Source: an uncultured Muribaculaceae bacterium (GTDB lineage: Bacteria > Bacillota_I > Bacilli_A > RF39 > UBA660). From it: DNA of 40,787 bases. This document shows, one piece after another, positions 17,094-26,337 of the stretch (the stretch's first letter is position 1; the number at the start of each line of letters is the position of its first letter). The notes under the pieces are model-generated. The model saw only the letters and a list, made by a program, of their open reading frames with translations, was not told where the DNA came from and made no database searches. The stretch is taken from NCBI GenBank assembly GCA_964457135.1, contig CAYWED010000002.1:1-40787 (forward strand), read 5' to 3'. A program made the position numbers and the translations under genes.

Positions 17094-18020
17094 CTATTTT
17101 TTCAAAACTAATACTGAATCTTTCATCTTTTCCTTATTATAAATTAAACCAGACACTCCAACAAAACTTTCTAAAAACACTTTATAATCTTTTAAACTAT
17201 TAATAATTTTCTCTCTTTGATAAATTAAATCCCAGTAGGGCTTAACTTTAGTTTTCTCATCATAATCATATAAATATGAAATAAACATAACACCATTCTC
17301 ATTTATAAATTCAGCCAAATTTTTAATATCTCTAGCAAACTCTTGAATAGGACTTTCATACATACTCTCTATATGCATAGCAATATTAGAAAGCATTATA
17401 TAGTCATACTTTCTATTTAAATGCCCACTTACATCTCTAAAATCCACATTATAAAATGTAGGCTTTAACTTTTGTATTTTCTTTTTTAAAATATAAAAGT
17501 TTTCTCTAGTCAAATATGCATTTTCATGAATAACTACTTTATAAAAGTCTTCATCTTTAGAAAATAATTTCTTTCTAATTCTAATACCTGAAAAAGTATT
17601 AAATAAAGTAGACCAAAACACAAGCGAGTCTCCATTTAAATAAATACGAATCTTATTAAAACTTTCTAAACTAAAAGCATTTTTATTTCTAGCATACTTT
17701 TTAGGATAATTATAATAACAAAAAAACTCTAAATATTCTTCATATGAAAGAGCCAAAATAGCAGCTTTCTTTAAATCAAAGAAAAACTTTGTAAAAGGGT
17801 TTATATCAAAAGAGTCAACTACATTGGCACCTAACATATATGAATTTATTACTTGGTCATTAGAACTACCTACACTAAGCACTGACTTACTTCTTAAATC
17901 GTATTTACTTAAATAACCATCTATATTTTCAGTAGCAAAAGGGTAAATCAAAGCAAACTTATCAGGCTGATTATCAATTATAATCTTTTTTGCTTTTGTT
18001 ATACTTTCTTGTAAAGTCAT
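17094..18020 (-). CDS. SAM-dependent methyltransferase-fold protein, DUF3419/BtaA-like (putative)
   Basis: VLSVGSSNDQVINSYMLGANVVDSFDINP and DYIMLSNI resemble the BtaA-like family. GAGGGG RBS precedes ATG 18020. Confidence 0.45.
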   Translation of the reverse strand: MTLQESITKAKKIIIDNQPDKFALIYPFATENIDGYLSKYDLRSKSVLSVGSSNDQVINSYMLGANVVDSFDINPFTKFFFDLKKAAILALSYEEYLEFFCYYNYPKKYARNKNAFSLESFNKIRIYLNGDSLVFWSTLFNTFSGIRIRKKLFSKDEDFYKVVIHENAYLTRENFYILKKKIQKLKPTFYNVDFRDVSGHLNRKYDYIMLSNIAMHIESMYESPIQEFARDIKNLAEFINENGVMFISYLYDYDEKTKVKPYWDLIYQREKIINSLKDYKVFLESFVGVSGLIYNKEKMKDSVLVLKK

Positions 18021-18360
18021 AAAACCCCTCATTTCTAATAGAGTATATTGTATCATAAAAGAACAAAACTAGATATTATTTTTTATGTAATAATTTTATA
18101 AAACCAATGAAAAAGACCTAAGGCTTCTAAAGTTTCCTAGGCACATCTCGATATATAATATATACTATTTATCAATAAACTGCAATGCTTTTGAATAATT
18201 TTTTTAATTTACTTAACCACATAGACTTAATTTTCATTTGAAACATAAAGAACTTTGCCAGTTTACACTATTTTTGTCAAAAACCATTAATTTACTTAAA
18301 ATATTTAATTATTTATGTATAATAAAAATAGATATAGAACAAACAGAAAAGAGGATATGT

Positions 18361-18780
18361 ATGATTAAATATGAAGAAGCGTGTAAACTTGCTTATGATT
18401 TTTACAAAGTTTCTACAAATGTAAATGGATTAAGTAAAGCAATGGATTTAGGAGAAAAATGGATTTTTTATCCAAGTTATAGTGAAGATGTTTTTGGAGA
18501 TACTACTATTACAATTTCAAAAGAAGATGGACAAATCGAAAATTTTCAATTACCAGATTATAAGAATTTTGAATTATTAAAAAATGCAACTTCGCTTGAA
18601 ATACCAAATGAATTTAAAATAACAAAAGAAGAAGTAATAGACTTATATACAAAAAGATTTGGTGGCTATCCTGCATTTTTATTAATGGGTGCAACTGATG
18701 AAATAATTATAGAAAAACTTCTAGAATCATTAAAAACTGGAAAAGAACTTATTATCGAAAATAAAGAATGCGATTATTAA
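18361..18780 (+). CDS. hypothetical protein
   Basis: ATG 18361 has an AGAGGA RBS. First gene of a tight three-gene operon. Confidence 0.5.
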   Translation: MIKYEEACKLAYDFYKVSTNVNGLSKAMDLGEKWIFYPSYSEDVFGDTTITISKEDGQIENFQLPDYKNFELLKNATSLEIPNEFKITKEEVIDLYTKRFGGYPAFLLMGATDEIIIEKLLESLKTGKELIIENKECDY

Positions 18781-18799
18781 TTAAAAAAGAGGGATTAAA

Positions 18800-19741
18800 A
18801 TGTACAATGAAACAATTAAGGCAGAAAACAAAATCATAAGTAATGACGACCTTAGTCAAATTTTTCAACTGATGGGAGAAACACTAAAAAAATATCAAAA
18901 AATCTCAGCACAAGAAGAACAACTAAATCAATCAAAAGACTACTTTGAAAAAAGTTATACTTTTAAAGATGAAGGAAGCAAAATGAAAGTTGTAGTAGAT
19001 TTTTATGATAACACAAACATAACATTTGATAATTACGAAAACTTTATGAGTATTTTTTATAGTAGAATTGAAGAAATAAAAACAATAGATTTGTATTATA
19101 CATTACACTATACAGTTATGGCTCCTGAACCTAATAAAACTAGAGACTATAATAGCCAATCAATTCAAATGCACATAAATGAAAATAAAATAGATATAAC
19201 TTTAAATCTAAAAAGTGAAGACCCAAAATTAAATGATATATATAATCTAATTAAAAATAAAATTATAAACGCCCCTGAAAAGTACGATAAAATTATAAAA
19301 GAAAAAAGTAAAATCACCAATATAGTGGCAATTTCAACAGGACTAATTCCAGGAATGATAACTAGTGCTTTATTCCTATTAATTCCGACATTTAATAAAA
19401 TATTCTTTAAAGGTTATATAACTTATCCAATTTGTGCCTTAATTTTAGCATATTTAATTGGAAGTATGATTGCCTCATCTAAGTTAGATAAATATTATGA
19501 AAGTATTGTTCCAAACAAGAAAAGTGCTGGATTTGATAGCAACTATAAAAGAATTTATGAGGACGATATTGATTCGTTTGTAGGTACAAGCGAAATATTA
19601 ATAGGAAAAAAAGTAAATAACTTAGAGAATCGTAGGATTATAAAAAACGAATATGAAAAATATAAAACTATCTTACCAAAAGAATTAATTGCATTACTAA
19701 TTACAAGTATAATTGTTATATTAATTGGTTTCTTTATTTAA
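18800..19741 (+). CDS. hypothetical membrane protein
   Basis: Soluble N-terminal half followed by hydrophobic helices (IVAISTGLIPGMITSALFLLIP, ICALILAYLIGSMIA, LIALLITSIIVILIGFFI). Confidence 0.55.
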   Translation: MYNETIKAENKIISNDDLSQIFQLMGETLKKYQKISAQEEQLNQSKDYFEKSYTFKDEGSKMKVVVDFYDNTNITFDNYENFMSIFYSRIEEIKTIDLYYTLHYTVMAPEPNKTRDYNSQSIQMHINENKIDITLNLKSEDPKLNDIYNLIKNKIINAPEKYDKIIKEKSKITNIVAISTGLIPGMITSALFLLIPTFNKIFFKGYITYPICALILAYLIGSMIASSKLDKYYESIVPNKKSAGFDSNYKRIYEDDIDSFVGTSEILIGKKVNNLENRRIIKNEYEKYKTILPKELIALLITSIIVILIGFFI

Positions 19742-19768
19742 ATAAAGAAGAGTAGGGAGTGTATAAAA

Positions 19769-20842
19769 ATGGACATTAATAATATAGCATTGGTAAGGGC
19801 AACAAATATAATTCCTTTTGATGGAATTATAAAACCAATAAGTAATAGTCCTTATTTAACAAAAAATATAGGATTAGAGTTTTCTACAAGAATGAGTGAC
19901 TTTTTACATGAAATTGGAATTATTCCACAATTAGATGAAAGTAAAATGTTTGATGATAATTATTATGATGAAATGGTAGCGCTCTCTTCTAAAATTTTAA
20001 AAGAATACTTACCATATATAAGTGACTATAATTCTTTTGTGTTATTTTCTCTAAATGGATTATGTCCTGATGATAATGAACACGGATTTGGAAATAATAC
20101 TTTTTCAAATAAAAAATGCGCTATAATAGAACCCCTTAGCTATCATATAGAACAAGCAATATCATTAGTTCCTACTGACACAGCATTAAAAGGAGGTGTA
20201 TCTTTATCAAATGAAGCCATTATCTTAATTGAAGAAGAAACATTTACAAATTTGTCTAAAGAACAAAAAGATATGTTGAGTAGTTTAAATCTAACTGTTA
20301 AAACTTTTAATGGTTCTCTAAAAGAAACAGTATATAATGAATTAAAAAACAGTGGACAATTTATACCTGAAATATTAAGTCTTTCTGCTAGCACTAAGGG
20401 ATTTGTTCCATCACAAACAAGTGAAATACAAATAGAGTTAATAAGTAAAATCGCAGAATACTATGGACTAAGTCAAAAAAAATATTTCAATCTAATTACT
20501 TCTAAAGACGAAAATATGCCTAAATATAATGAAGTATGTAATGAATTCAATAATATGCTTATAGTACAAGAATACTACATGACAATGTTTTTACAAAAAC
20601 TTTTAAATGTACTAAATGCACCAGAAAACATGAAAATTAACATAAGAAAAAATCTATATAATAGAACTTATATGAACAAAGTAATTGAACTAATTAAAAA
20701 TTATGGTATAGAAAATTACAAAAGATTTTTAGATGAATATAATGCACAATTAGAAAAATGTCAAAGAGAAGGAACTTTAATTTTACCTAAAGAAATAGTA
20801 GGCAATAATAGTTTAGGTTATAATGATAATAAAAGAAGATGA
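19769..20842 (+). CDS. hypothetical protein
   Basis: 357-aa ORF with a GGGAG RBS. It ends in TGA, and I recognise no motif. Confidence 0.55.
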   Translation: MDINNIALVRATNIIPFDGIIKPISNSPYLTKNIGLEFSTRMSDFLHEIGIIPQLDESKMFDDNYYDEMVALSSKILKEYLPYISDYNSFVLFSLNGLCPDDNEHGFGNNTFSNKKCAIIEPLSYHIEQAISLVPTDTALKGGVSLSNEAIILIEEETFTNLSKEQKDMLSSLNLTVKTFNGSLKETVYNELKNSGQFIPEILSLSASTKGFVPSQTSEIQIELISKIAEYYGLSQKKYFNLITSKDENMPKYNEVCNEFNNMLIVQEYYMTMFLQKLLNVLNAPENMKINIRKNLYNRTYMNKVIELIKNYGIENYKRFLDEYNAQLEKCQREGTLILPKEIVGNNSLGYNDNKRR

Positions 20843-20848
20843 AAATAA

Positions 20849-20876
20849 AACAAGTAAGCACTGACTTGTTTTTTTA
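20849..20876 (+). terminator. terminator after the 18361-20842 operon
   Basis: AACAAGT (20849-20855) pairs with ACTTGTT (20864-20870), followed by a T run. Confidence 0.6.
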
Positions 20877-20969
20877 AGTCATATTTACTTGAATATTCAT
20901 CTATAAATAAAAAATATTCTTATTTATACAAAGTTTTTTACACACTCAAATTTGATTGAAAAACACATA

Positions 20970-21236
20970 TTATGAATGTGTTGAAAGAATGTCATTTACA
21001 ATTTTCAAACATTCTTGCTTTTTCTTTAACTTATTTATTACATCTGGATTTATAAATTCTATGTCTTTAACACATATTTTTTTTAAAAGCTTATTTTTTA
21101 TAATAAACTGAGTTTTTTTCATTTTTTTCACTTGTTTTTTTAAAATTTTGATATCTTCTTTAAGTTCACATTTGATAGTTGTAAGTTCTTGAATGTTTTT
21201 ATTTTTAATAAATATTTTGTATTCTTCTATATTCAT
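20970..21236 (-). CDS. small coiled-coil protein (paralogue of 21237..21467)
   Basis: 88 aa and Lys/Glu-rich. Its N-terminal pattern (EEY..IKNK..EL..IK.EL) is shared with the upstream ORF. Confidence 0.4.
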   Translation of the reverse strand: MNIEEYKIFIKNKNIQELTTIKCELKEDIKILKKQVKKMKKTQFIIKNKLLKKICVKDIEFINPDVINKLKKKQECLKIVNDILSTHS

Positions 21237-21467
21237 CTATTTATTTCCTTTATTTTTAATAATTTCTTCTAACTTTAATAAATATTCTTTATAAACACTA
21301 AGTTTAGTATCTATTTGTCCAAATCCCCAAGGTACATCCTCTGGATGTCTTGATAATCTTTCTAAATCCTTAATTTCTTGTGACAATTCATTTTTAATAT
21401 TCTCTAATTCTTTTTTGCTTTTATTTTTAATTTCTTTAGCATATTGTTCTGGACTAATTAATTCCAT
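21237..21467 (-). CDS. small coiled-coil protein
   Basis: 76 aa with an upstream GGAGG RBS. Its stop abuts the next start. Confidence 0.45.
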   Translation of the reverse strand: MELISPEQYAKEIKNKSKKELENIKNELSQEIKDLERLSRHPEDVPWGFGQIDTKLSVYKEYLLKLEEIIKNKGNK

Positions 21468-21659
21468 AATAATATTTCCTCCTATAATTGTATTATAACT
21501 TTTTTACATAAAAAAAACAATGGCTATCGTTTCGCCATATCTCGAGTTCAAAAGGTTTTGATGGATTTCAATATGATACGATAACTGAATTTTTTTACAT
21601 TCTTTACTTTATAGTTTACAAAAAGATTGAAGATGATATAATAAAACAAAAGGAGAATT

Positions 21660-22461
21660 ATGAAAAATATAGAGTATTTAAAAACATTAAGTCTTGAAAT
21701 AAAGCAATTAATTGAAGAAGGAAAAGATATAAACACATACGATGAAAATGGCTACACATATTTAATGAAAGCTGTAGAAACTGGTAATATTGATTTAGTA
21801 AATATAGTTTTAGAGAGTGGTGCAAATGTTAATGCTATAAGTAAAGATGAATCTAGAGAAACTGCTTTAACTTTGGCAGCATTTCACGCATATTCTTCAT
21901 GTAAAGATTTTGATAATATAATTGTTGAACTTGTAAAAAAAAGGAGCAAATATTGATTATCAAAATTGTGTTGGTTGGACTGCATTAATGCTTGTTAGCG
22001 AAAGACGCAATGATAAAATGGTAGAATTTTTATTGAAAAATAATGCATCGTTATTTATAAAAAAGAGGGATAGTGAACATGAAACTGCGTATCAATGTTC
22101 ACAAAGATATTCAGGATTACAGGAAACAAGAACCGAAATGATTTTAAGAAAAGTTGCTGAAAAAGAACTAATTGAAAAACTTGGTGAAGAAAGATTTAAT
22201 GTAATACTAAAAAGATTTGAGGAACTACGTAGAAGTACTGACTTATCGTATATGGATTATCTATCTAGTCCTAGTGTTTACTATAGTGATATGTTTTGGT
22301 GGTTATATACCGAAGAAGAATTGCCATCTGAAATGCTTTTATTAATAGATGAAATTTTAGAGAAAAGGCGTGAATGTAGAATACAAAAAAAAGAAAATGA
22401 AATTCAAAATGAAGTTCAATACGGAAAACACAAAAATCGATTATTCACAATTAAAATATAA
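21660..22461 (+). pseudogene. ankyrin-repeat protein gene split by a frameshift in an A8 tract
   Basis: ORF 21660..21956 has ANK-like repeats (DENGYTYLMKAVETGNIDLVNIVLESGANVNA). Removing one A from the A8 tract at 21935-21942 reads on as ...ELVKKGANIDYQNCVGWTALMLVSERRNDKMVEFLLKNNASL into ORF 21988..22461. Confidence 0.65.
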
Positions 22462-22668
22462 AAGGAAAATAAAAATACATGGTTATAGTACAGAAACTAA
22501 GCCTTTTGCATGGTAGTAAAAAAATTACTTATATTAAAAAAATAATTTATTTAGAATTTTTGTTAATATTAGAATCTTATATTATTTATTTTATAACAGG
22601 ATATGGGAATGTACCAAAATAATCCTCAACCCTTATAAATAAAGGAATTAGGGACTTTTATTTGGTGT

Positions 22669-22702
22669 AAAGAAAAACGCCTAACTTAAACAACAGTTAG
22701 GC
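22669..22702 (-). terminator. terminator downstream of tRNA-Met
   Basis: GCCTAACT (22679-22686) pairs with AGTTAGGC (22695-22702). On the minus strand this is followed by GTTTTTCTTT. Confidence 0.5.
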
Positions 22703-22792
22703 ATAAATTAAAAATACAACGGTACACTCAACTTAGCGAATCAAGTGTTCCTTTTTTTATTATATGAGAATAAATCTCATTTAATACTATTT

Positions 22793-22869
22793 TGGTAGCG
22801 ACGCAGAGAATCGAACTCTGAACCTCACGGGTATGAACCGTGCGCTCTAGCCAATTGAGCTACATCGCC
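22793..22869 (-). tRNA. tRNA-Met(CAU): tRNA-Met (anticodon CAU, elongator-like; a lysidine-modified Ile2 reading is not excluded)
   Basis: Reverse complement: GGCGATG TA GCTCAATTGGCTAGAGC G CACGG TTCATAC CCGTG AGGTT CAGAG TTCGATT CTCTG CGTCGCT A CCA. Confidence 0.85.
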
Positions 22870-22915
22870 ATAAAACATAATGATAATACCATAGAAAAGT
22901 GTACTAAGTCAAGGC

Positions 22916-23614
22916 TTATTTCTTAAAAACCTCTAGATAATTTTCCACTATATACCCACCATCAAAATCAGAAATTTTCTTTATATCTTCATTATTCTTA
23001 AAAGTATAAAGTAAAGTGGGCTTTCTCTTAGAAAAATATTTAAATATATTGTTATCTAACAATTTATAATTAAAAGAAATAAAATCAGGTTTAGAGTAAA
23101 TTAATGAAGAAATCAGGTGAATTCTATTACTACTTAGAAGACCAACTTTATAGTCCATACAATATTTCTTTCTTAATTTTTTTAGGTACCTTACTATCCT
23201 AGGGTCAAAAGACTTTAAAATATATTCACCATTATAATTTCTTAAAATATCGATGACTGCATTTTCTAAACTATAGTCACACACATCATACTTAAGTTCT
23301 ATATCAAGTGCTACCTCACCATTAACAACATCTAAAACTTGCTTCAAAGTAGGTATAGAATAATTACTTGTTCCTAATTTATATTTAGATATATCTTTGT
23401 AACTTAAATCTTTAACACAAATGTCTATCCCACACATTCTCTTCAAATTATCATCATGAAACACAATTACAGTTCCATCTTTAATAATATGCGTGTCTAA
23501 CTCAATCATCTTTTTATTTCTAACTGACTCTAAAAAAGCAGGAATAGAATTTTCTGGGTACTTATATGAATAATTTCCTCTATGAATAATATGTAATCCT
23601 TTAAAACTCTCCAT
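22916..23614 (-). CDS. glycerophosphodiester phosphodiesterase (GDPD family)
   Basis: HRGNYSYKYPENSIPAFLESV ... ELDTHIIKDGTVIVFHDDNLKRM. GGAGG sits 7 nt before ATG 23614. Confidence 0.8.
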   Translation of the reverse strand: MESFKGLHIIHRGNYSYKYPENSIPAFLESVRNKKMIELDTHIIKDGTVIVFHDDNLKRMCGIDICVKDLSYKDISKYKLGTSNYSIPTLKQVLDVVNGEVALDIELKYDVCDYSLENAVIDILRNYNGEYILKSFDPRIVRYLKKLRKKYCMDYKVGLLSSNRIHLISSLIYSKPDFISFNYKLLDNNIFKYFSKRKPTLLYTFKNNEDIKKISDFDGGYIVENYLEVFKK

Positions 23615-23706
23615 AACTTTTCCTCCAAGAAAAATAATATCACAAAACACCTTTAACTAAAAGTAAAATTATGTTATTCTATATCTATAATAAAAGGGTG
23701 AGTAAA

Positions 23707-25458
23707 ATGTTCGGTAATATCATAAAAATAGATGGAAATTTAGTAGTAGTAAAAAATAATAATCAAGAAACTCATTCAGAACTCATGAATTGTCATGTGG
23801 TTTTTGAAGAAATAGATAGGAAAGTAATAGGCGAAATAACTAAAATAGGAAATAATGAAATAGAAATTCTTCTTGTAGGTGAAATACAAGATAATATTTT
23901 TTCTCCAGGTGTAGTAAAAAAGCCAGCGAGTAACACCTTAGCAAGAATAATAAATGCTAACGAATTAGAATTAATTATAGGAAAAAACGAAGTAAATAAA
24001 AACAACTTAATTATAGGTTCTTCTGCAATCTATAAGAGTTTTAATGTATCAATTCCACTAAATTCATTCTTTGCAAATCACAGTGCTATAATAGGTAATA
24101 CAGGTTCTGGTAAATCGTGTGGAGTTGCAAGACTATTACAAAATTTATTCCTAAAAAACAAAGAATTACCAATAAACTCACATATAGTCTTATTTGATGC
24201 TTACGGAGAATATACTAACACCTTTGACGAAATGAACAAAATACCTAATCTAGGATTTAAAAAATACACTACAAGAGTAACTAAACAAGATGAACAAATG
24301 TTAAAATTGCCAATTCATTTTCTAGGAGTAGATGACTTAGCAATCCTTCTTTCCGTGAGTGATGCAGATGTTATTCCTGTACTAGAAAAAACACTAAAAC
24401 TAGTTTACATATTCACAAGTCTTGATGAAAAAATTAAAGAATACAAAAATGATATAATAGCAAAATGTCTACTTGATATATTAAAAAGTGGAAAAAGTGG
24501 CTCACAAATGAGAGACCAAATAATAGCAGTTCTTTCAAAATATAATACCGAATCTTTAAATCTAGATTCAGTAATAATGCAACCAGGATACAATAGAACA
24601 CTAAAACAATGCTTAATAATTGATGAACAAGGAAAAATGAATGCAATACTTTTAGTAACAGAGTTTTTAAGTCAATTTGAAAGAGTAACACTAGATAATA
24701 TTGTAGTAGGGAAAGGTTTTATTTATACATTAAATGATTTATACTATGCCCTAGAATTTGCCCTTATAAGTGAAGGAACATTAAATAGTACTTTGTCTTA
24801 TAATAAAAATAACATTCTAAAAACAAGGTTGCAAACTATAATAAATAGTGAATATAGTAGTATCTTTGAAGTTAAAGAATATATAACAAAAGAAAAATAC
24901 ATAGAAAATTTATTCAAAAAAACAGATGGAACACTATGTCAATTAATTAACATTAACTTAAGCAATGTTGACGATAGATTTGCAAAAATATTGACAAAAC
25001 TTTATTCAAAATTATTCTTCACATACACTACAAAATTAAATCCTCGTGGTTCATTTAGTATTAACATAATCTTAGAAGAAGCCCATAGATATGTACAAAA
25101 TGACAATGATATAAACATAATAGGTTACAATATATTTGATAGAATTACCAAAGAGGGAAGAAAATATGGAACACTACTTACTTTCATAACACAAAGACCT
25201 AGTGAATTATCTTCTTCATCTCTAAGTCAATGTTCAAACTTTATAGTATTTAGAATATTCCATCCAAAAGATTTAGAAATAGTTAAAGGAATAAGCACAA
25301 ACCTTACGGAAGAAGGAGTAGAAAAATTAAAAACACTAAACCCTGGAACTGCAATTTGTTTTGGAACTGGTTTTAAAATTCCACTTATTGTCAAAATGGA
25401 ACTACCTGTACCTCTACCTGAAAGTACTAGTTTAAAAATAAATGGACTCTGGTACTAA
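23707..25458 (+). CDS. HerA/FtsK-type (DUF87) ATPase
   Basis: N-terminal HAS-barrel-like segment, Walker A GNTGSGKSCG, Walker B NIILEEAHRYV, then LLTFITQRPSELS. Confidence 0.75.
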   Translation: MFGNIIKIDGNLVVVKNNNQETHSELMNCHVVFEEIDRKVIGEITKIGNNEIEILLVGEIQDNIFSPGVVKKPASNTLARIINANELELIIGKNEVNKNNLIIGSSAIYKSFNVSIPLNSFFANHSAIIGNTGSGKSCGVARLLQNLFLKNKELPINSHIVLFDAYGEYTNTFDEMNKIPNLGFKKYTTRVTKQDEQMLKLPIHFLGVDDLAILLSVSDADVIPVLEKTLKLVYIFTSLDEKIKEYKNDIIAKCLLDILKSGKSGSQMRDQIIAVLSKYNTESLNLDSVIMQPGYNRTLKQCLIIDEQGKMNAILLVTEFLSQFERVTLDNIVVGKGFIYTLNDLYYALEFALISEGTLNSTLSYNKNNILKTRLQTIINSEYSSIFEVKEYITKEKYIENLFKKTDGTLCQLININLSNVDDRFAKILTKLYSKLFFTYTTKLNPRGSFSINIILEEAHRYVQNDNDINIIGYNIFDRITKEGRKYGTLLTFITQRPSELSSSSLSQCSNFIVFRIFHPKDLEIVKGISTNLTEEGVEKLKTLNPGTAICFGTGFKIPLIVKMELPVPLPESTSLKINGLWY

Positions 25459-26215
25459 AACAGGCACAAAACAAATCAAAAAGGAAGATTTTTGAGCTAG
25501 GTAAACACATTTATACTGGTGCTTATGGAGAAGGTGCACCACTTTTTTGGGCTCAAATAAATTATTCAAGTATAAATGGAACTTACCCTTTCCAAGGTGA
25601 CTTAGATATTGCTTATGGAGACTTAGGTATCGATTTAAATTACATTAAAAAGCTTTCTGCCCAAGTAAGCAAAGATGATTTGATTGATAATGAAAGAGAG
25701 AATTATAAAGACGTAATAAACACATACTACATAATAAATAAAAAACATTTAGAAGATATATTCTTAGGAAAAATATTTAGTTTTCTAGTAGTAGAATTGA
25801 TTTAAACAAAAAAATAGAATACAATAAAACTGAAATTAACAAAGAACTAAAAGAATGGATAGATTTTATAGGAGCGAGTACTTTAAAAGAATGTGAAAGT
25901 ATTGCCAAAAAGAATAAAATGTTAAGGGAAGTGTTAGAAGAAATGAAAAGATTTAATGAAGACTATTATAGAGTAGGGTATGATAGTAAAGAAATGTTAT
26001 ACAGAAGTAATCTAATAGATGCAAAAGAAGAAGGGCATGCAAGTGGATATAACGAAGGGCACAATAATGGATATATTGACGGAGAAAAATCAAAAGCAAG
26101 TGAAATAGCCAAAAATTTACTTTTAAATACCAATATGTCTATAGACATGATCAGTAGGAACACAGGACTATTAAAAGAAGAGATTATAGAGTTAAAAGAA
26201 AAATTAAATGATTAA
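25431..26215 (+). pseudogene. Rpn-family (PD-(D/E)XK nuclease 'putative transposase', TIGR01784-like) gene remnant, 5'-truncated and frameshifted
   Basis: There is no start codon. Frame 25431-25805 reads ...AQNKSKRKIFELGKHIYTGAYGEGAPLFWAQINYSS...IFSFLVVELI. The -1 frame 25781-26215 reads ...LKEWIDFIGAS...AKEEGHASGYNEGHNNGYIDGEKSKASEIAKNLLLNTNMSIDMISRNTGLLKEEIIELK. This is the characteristic Rpn C-terminus (EG repeats plus IAKNLL..G.....IS..TGLS.EEI). Confidence 0.55.
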
Positions 26216-26337
26216 ATCAAATAATATATATGAAAGTGAAGAAGAACAAAGAAAAGCTCCAGAATTGAATTTTAGAAATTTATTGATTAATAACAAATAA
26301 ATGATAAAATAATAAATGGAAACAGGGAGGTATAATA

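Noticed and set aside
22470-22790. A 320-nt AT-rich non-coding stretch next to tRNA-Met, examined as a possible CRISPR leader or array, or as a structured RNA.
   Set aside because: It has no regularly spaced repeats. The only convincing structure is the terminator hairpin at 22679-22702, and the short AGGGACT match to the retron ncRNA is too small to mean anything.
25458-25471. The 14-mer AAACAGGCACAAAA just after the herA stop recurs at 33153-33166 just after the first in-frame TAA of the RT. I considered it as att-like boundaries of a 7.7-kb island.
   Set aside because: There is only 14 nt of identity with no extended flanking similarity. Chance matches of this length are expected in a 40-kb AT-rich window, and no recombinase is associated.
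25443-25496. A 17-codon ATG ORF (MDSGTKTGTKQIKKEDF) overlapping the herA stop and containing C-AAA-AAG. I considered it as a programmed-frameshift entry into the Rpn-like frame.
   Set aside because: The motif is not a true A-AAA-AAG heptamer, and reaching the long frame would need a +1 rather than a -1 shift. The long frame carries a further frameshift downstream, so simple decay is the better explanation.
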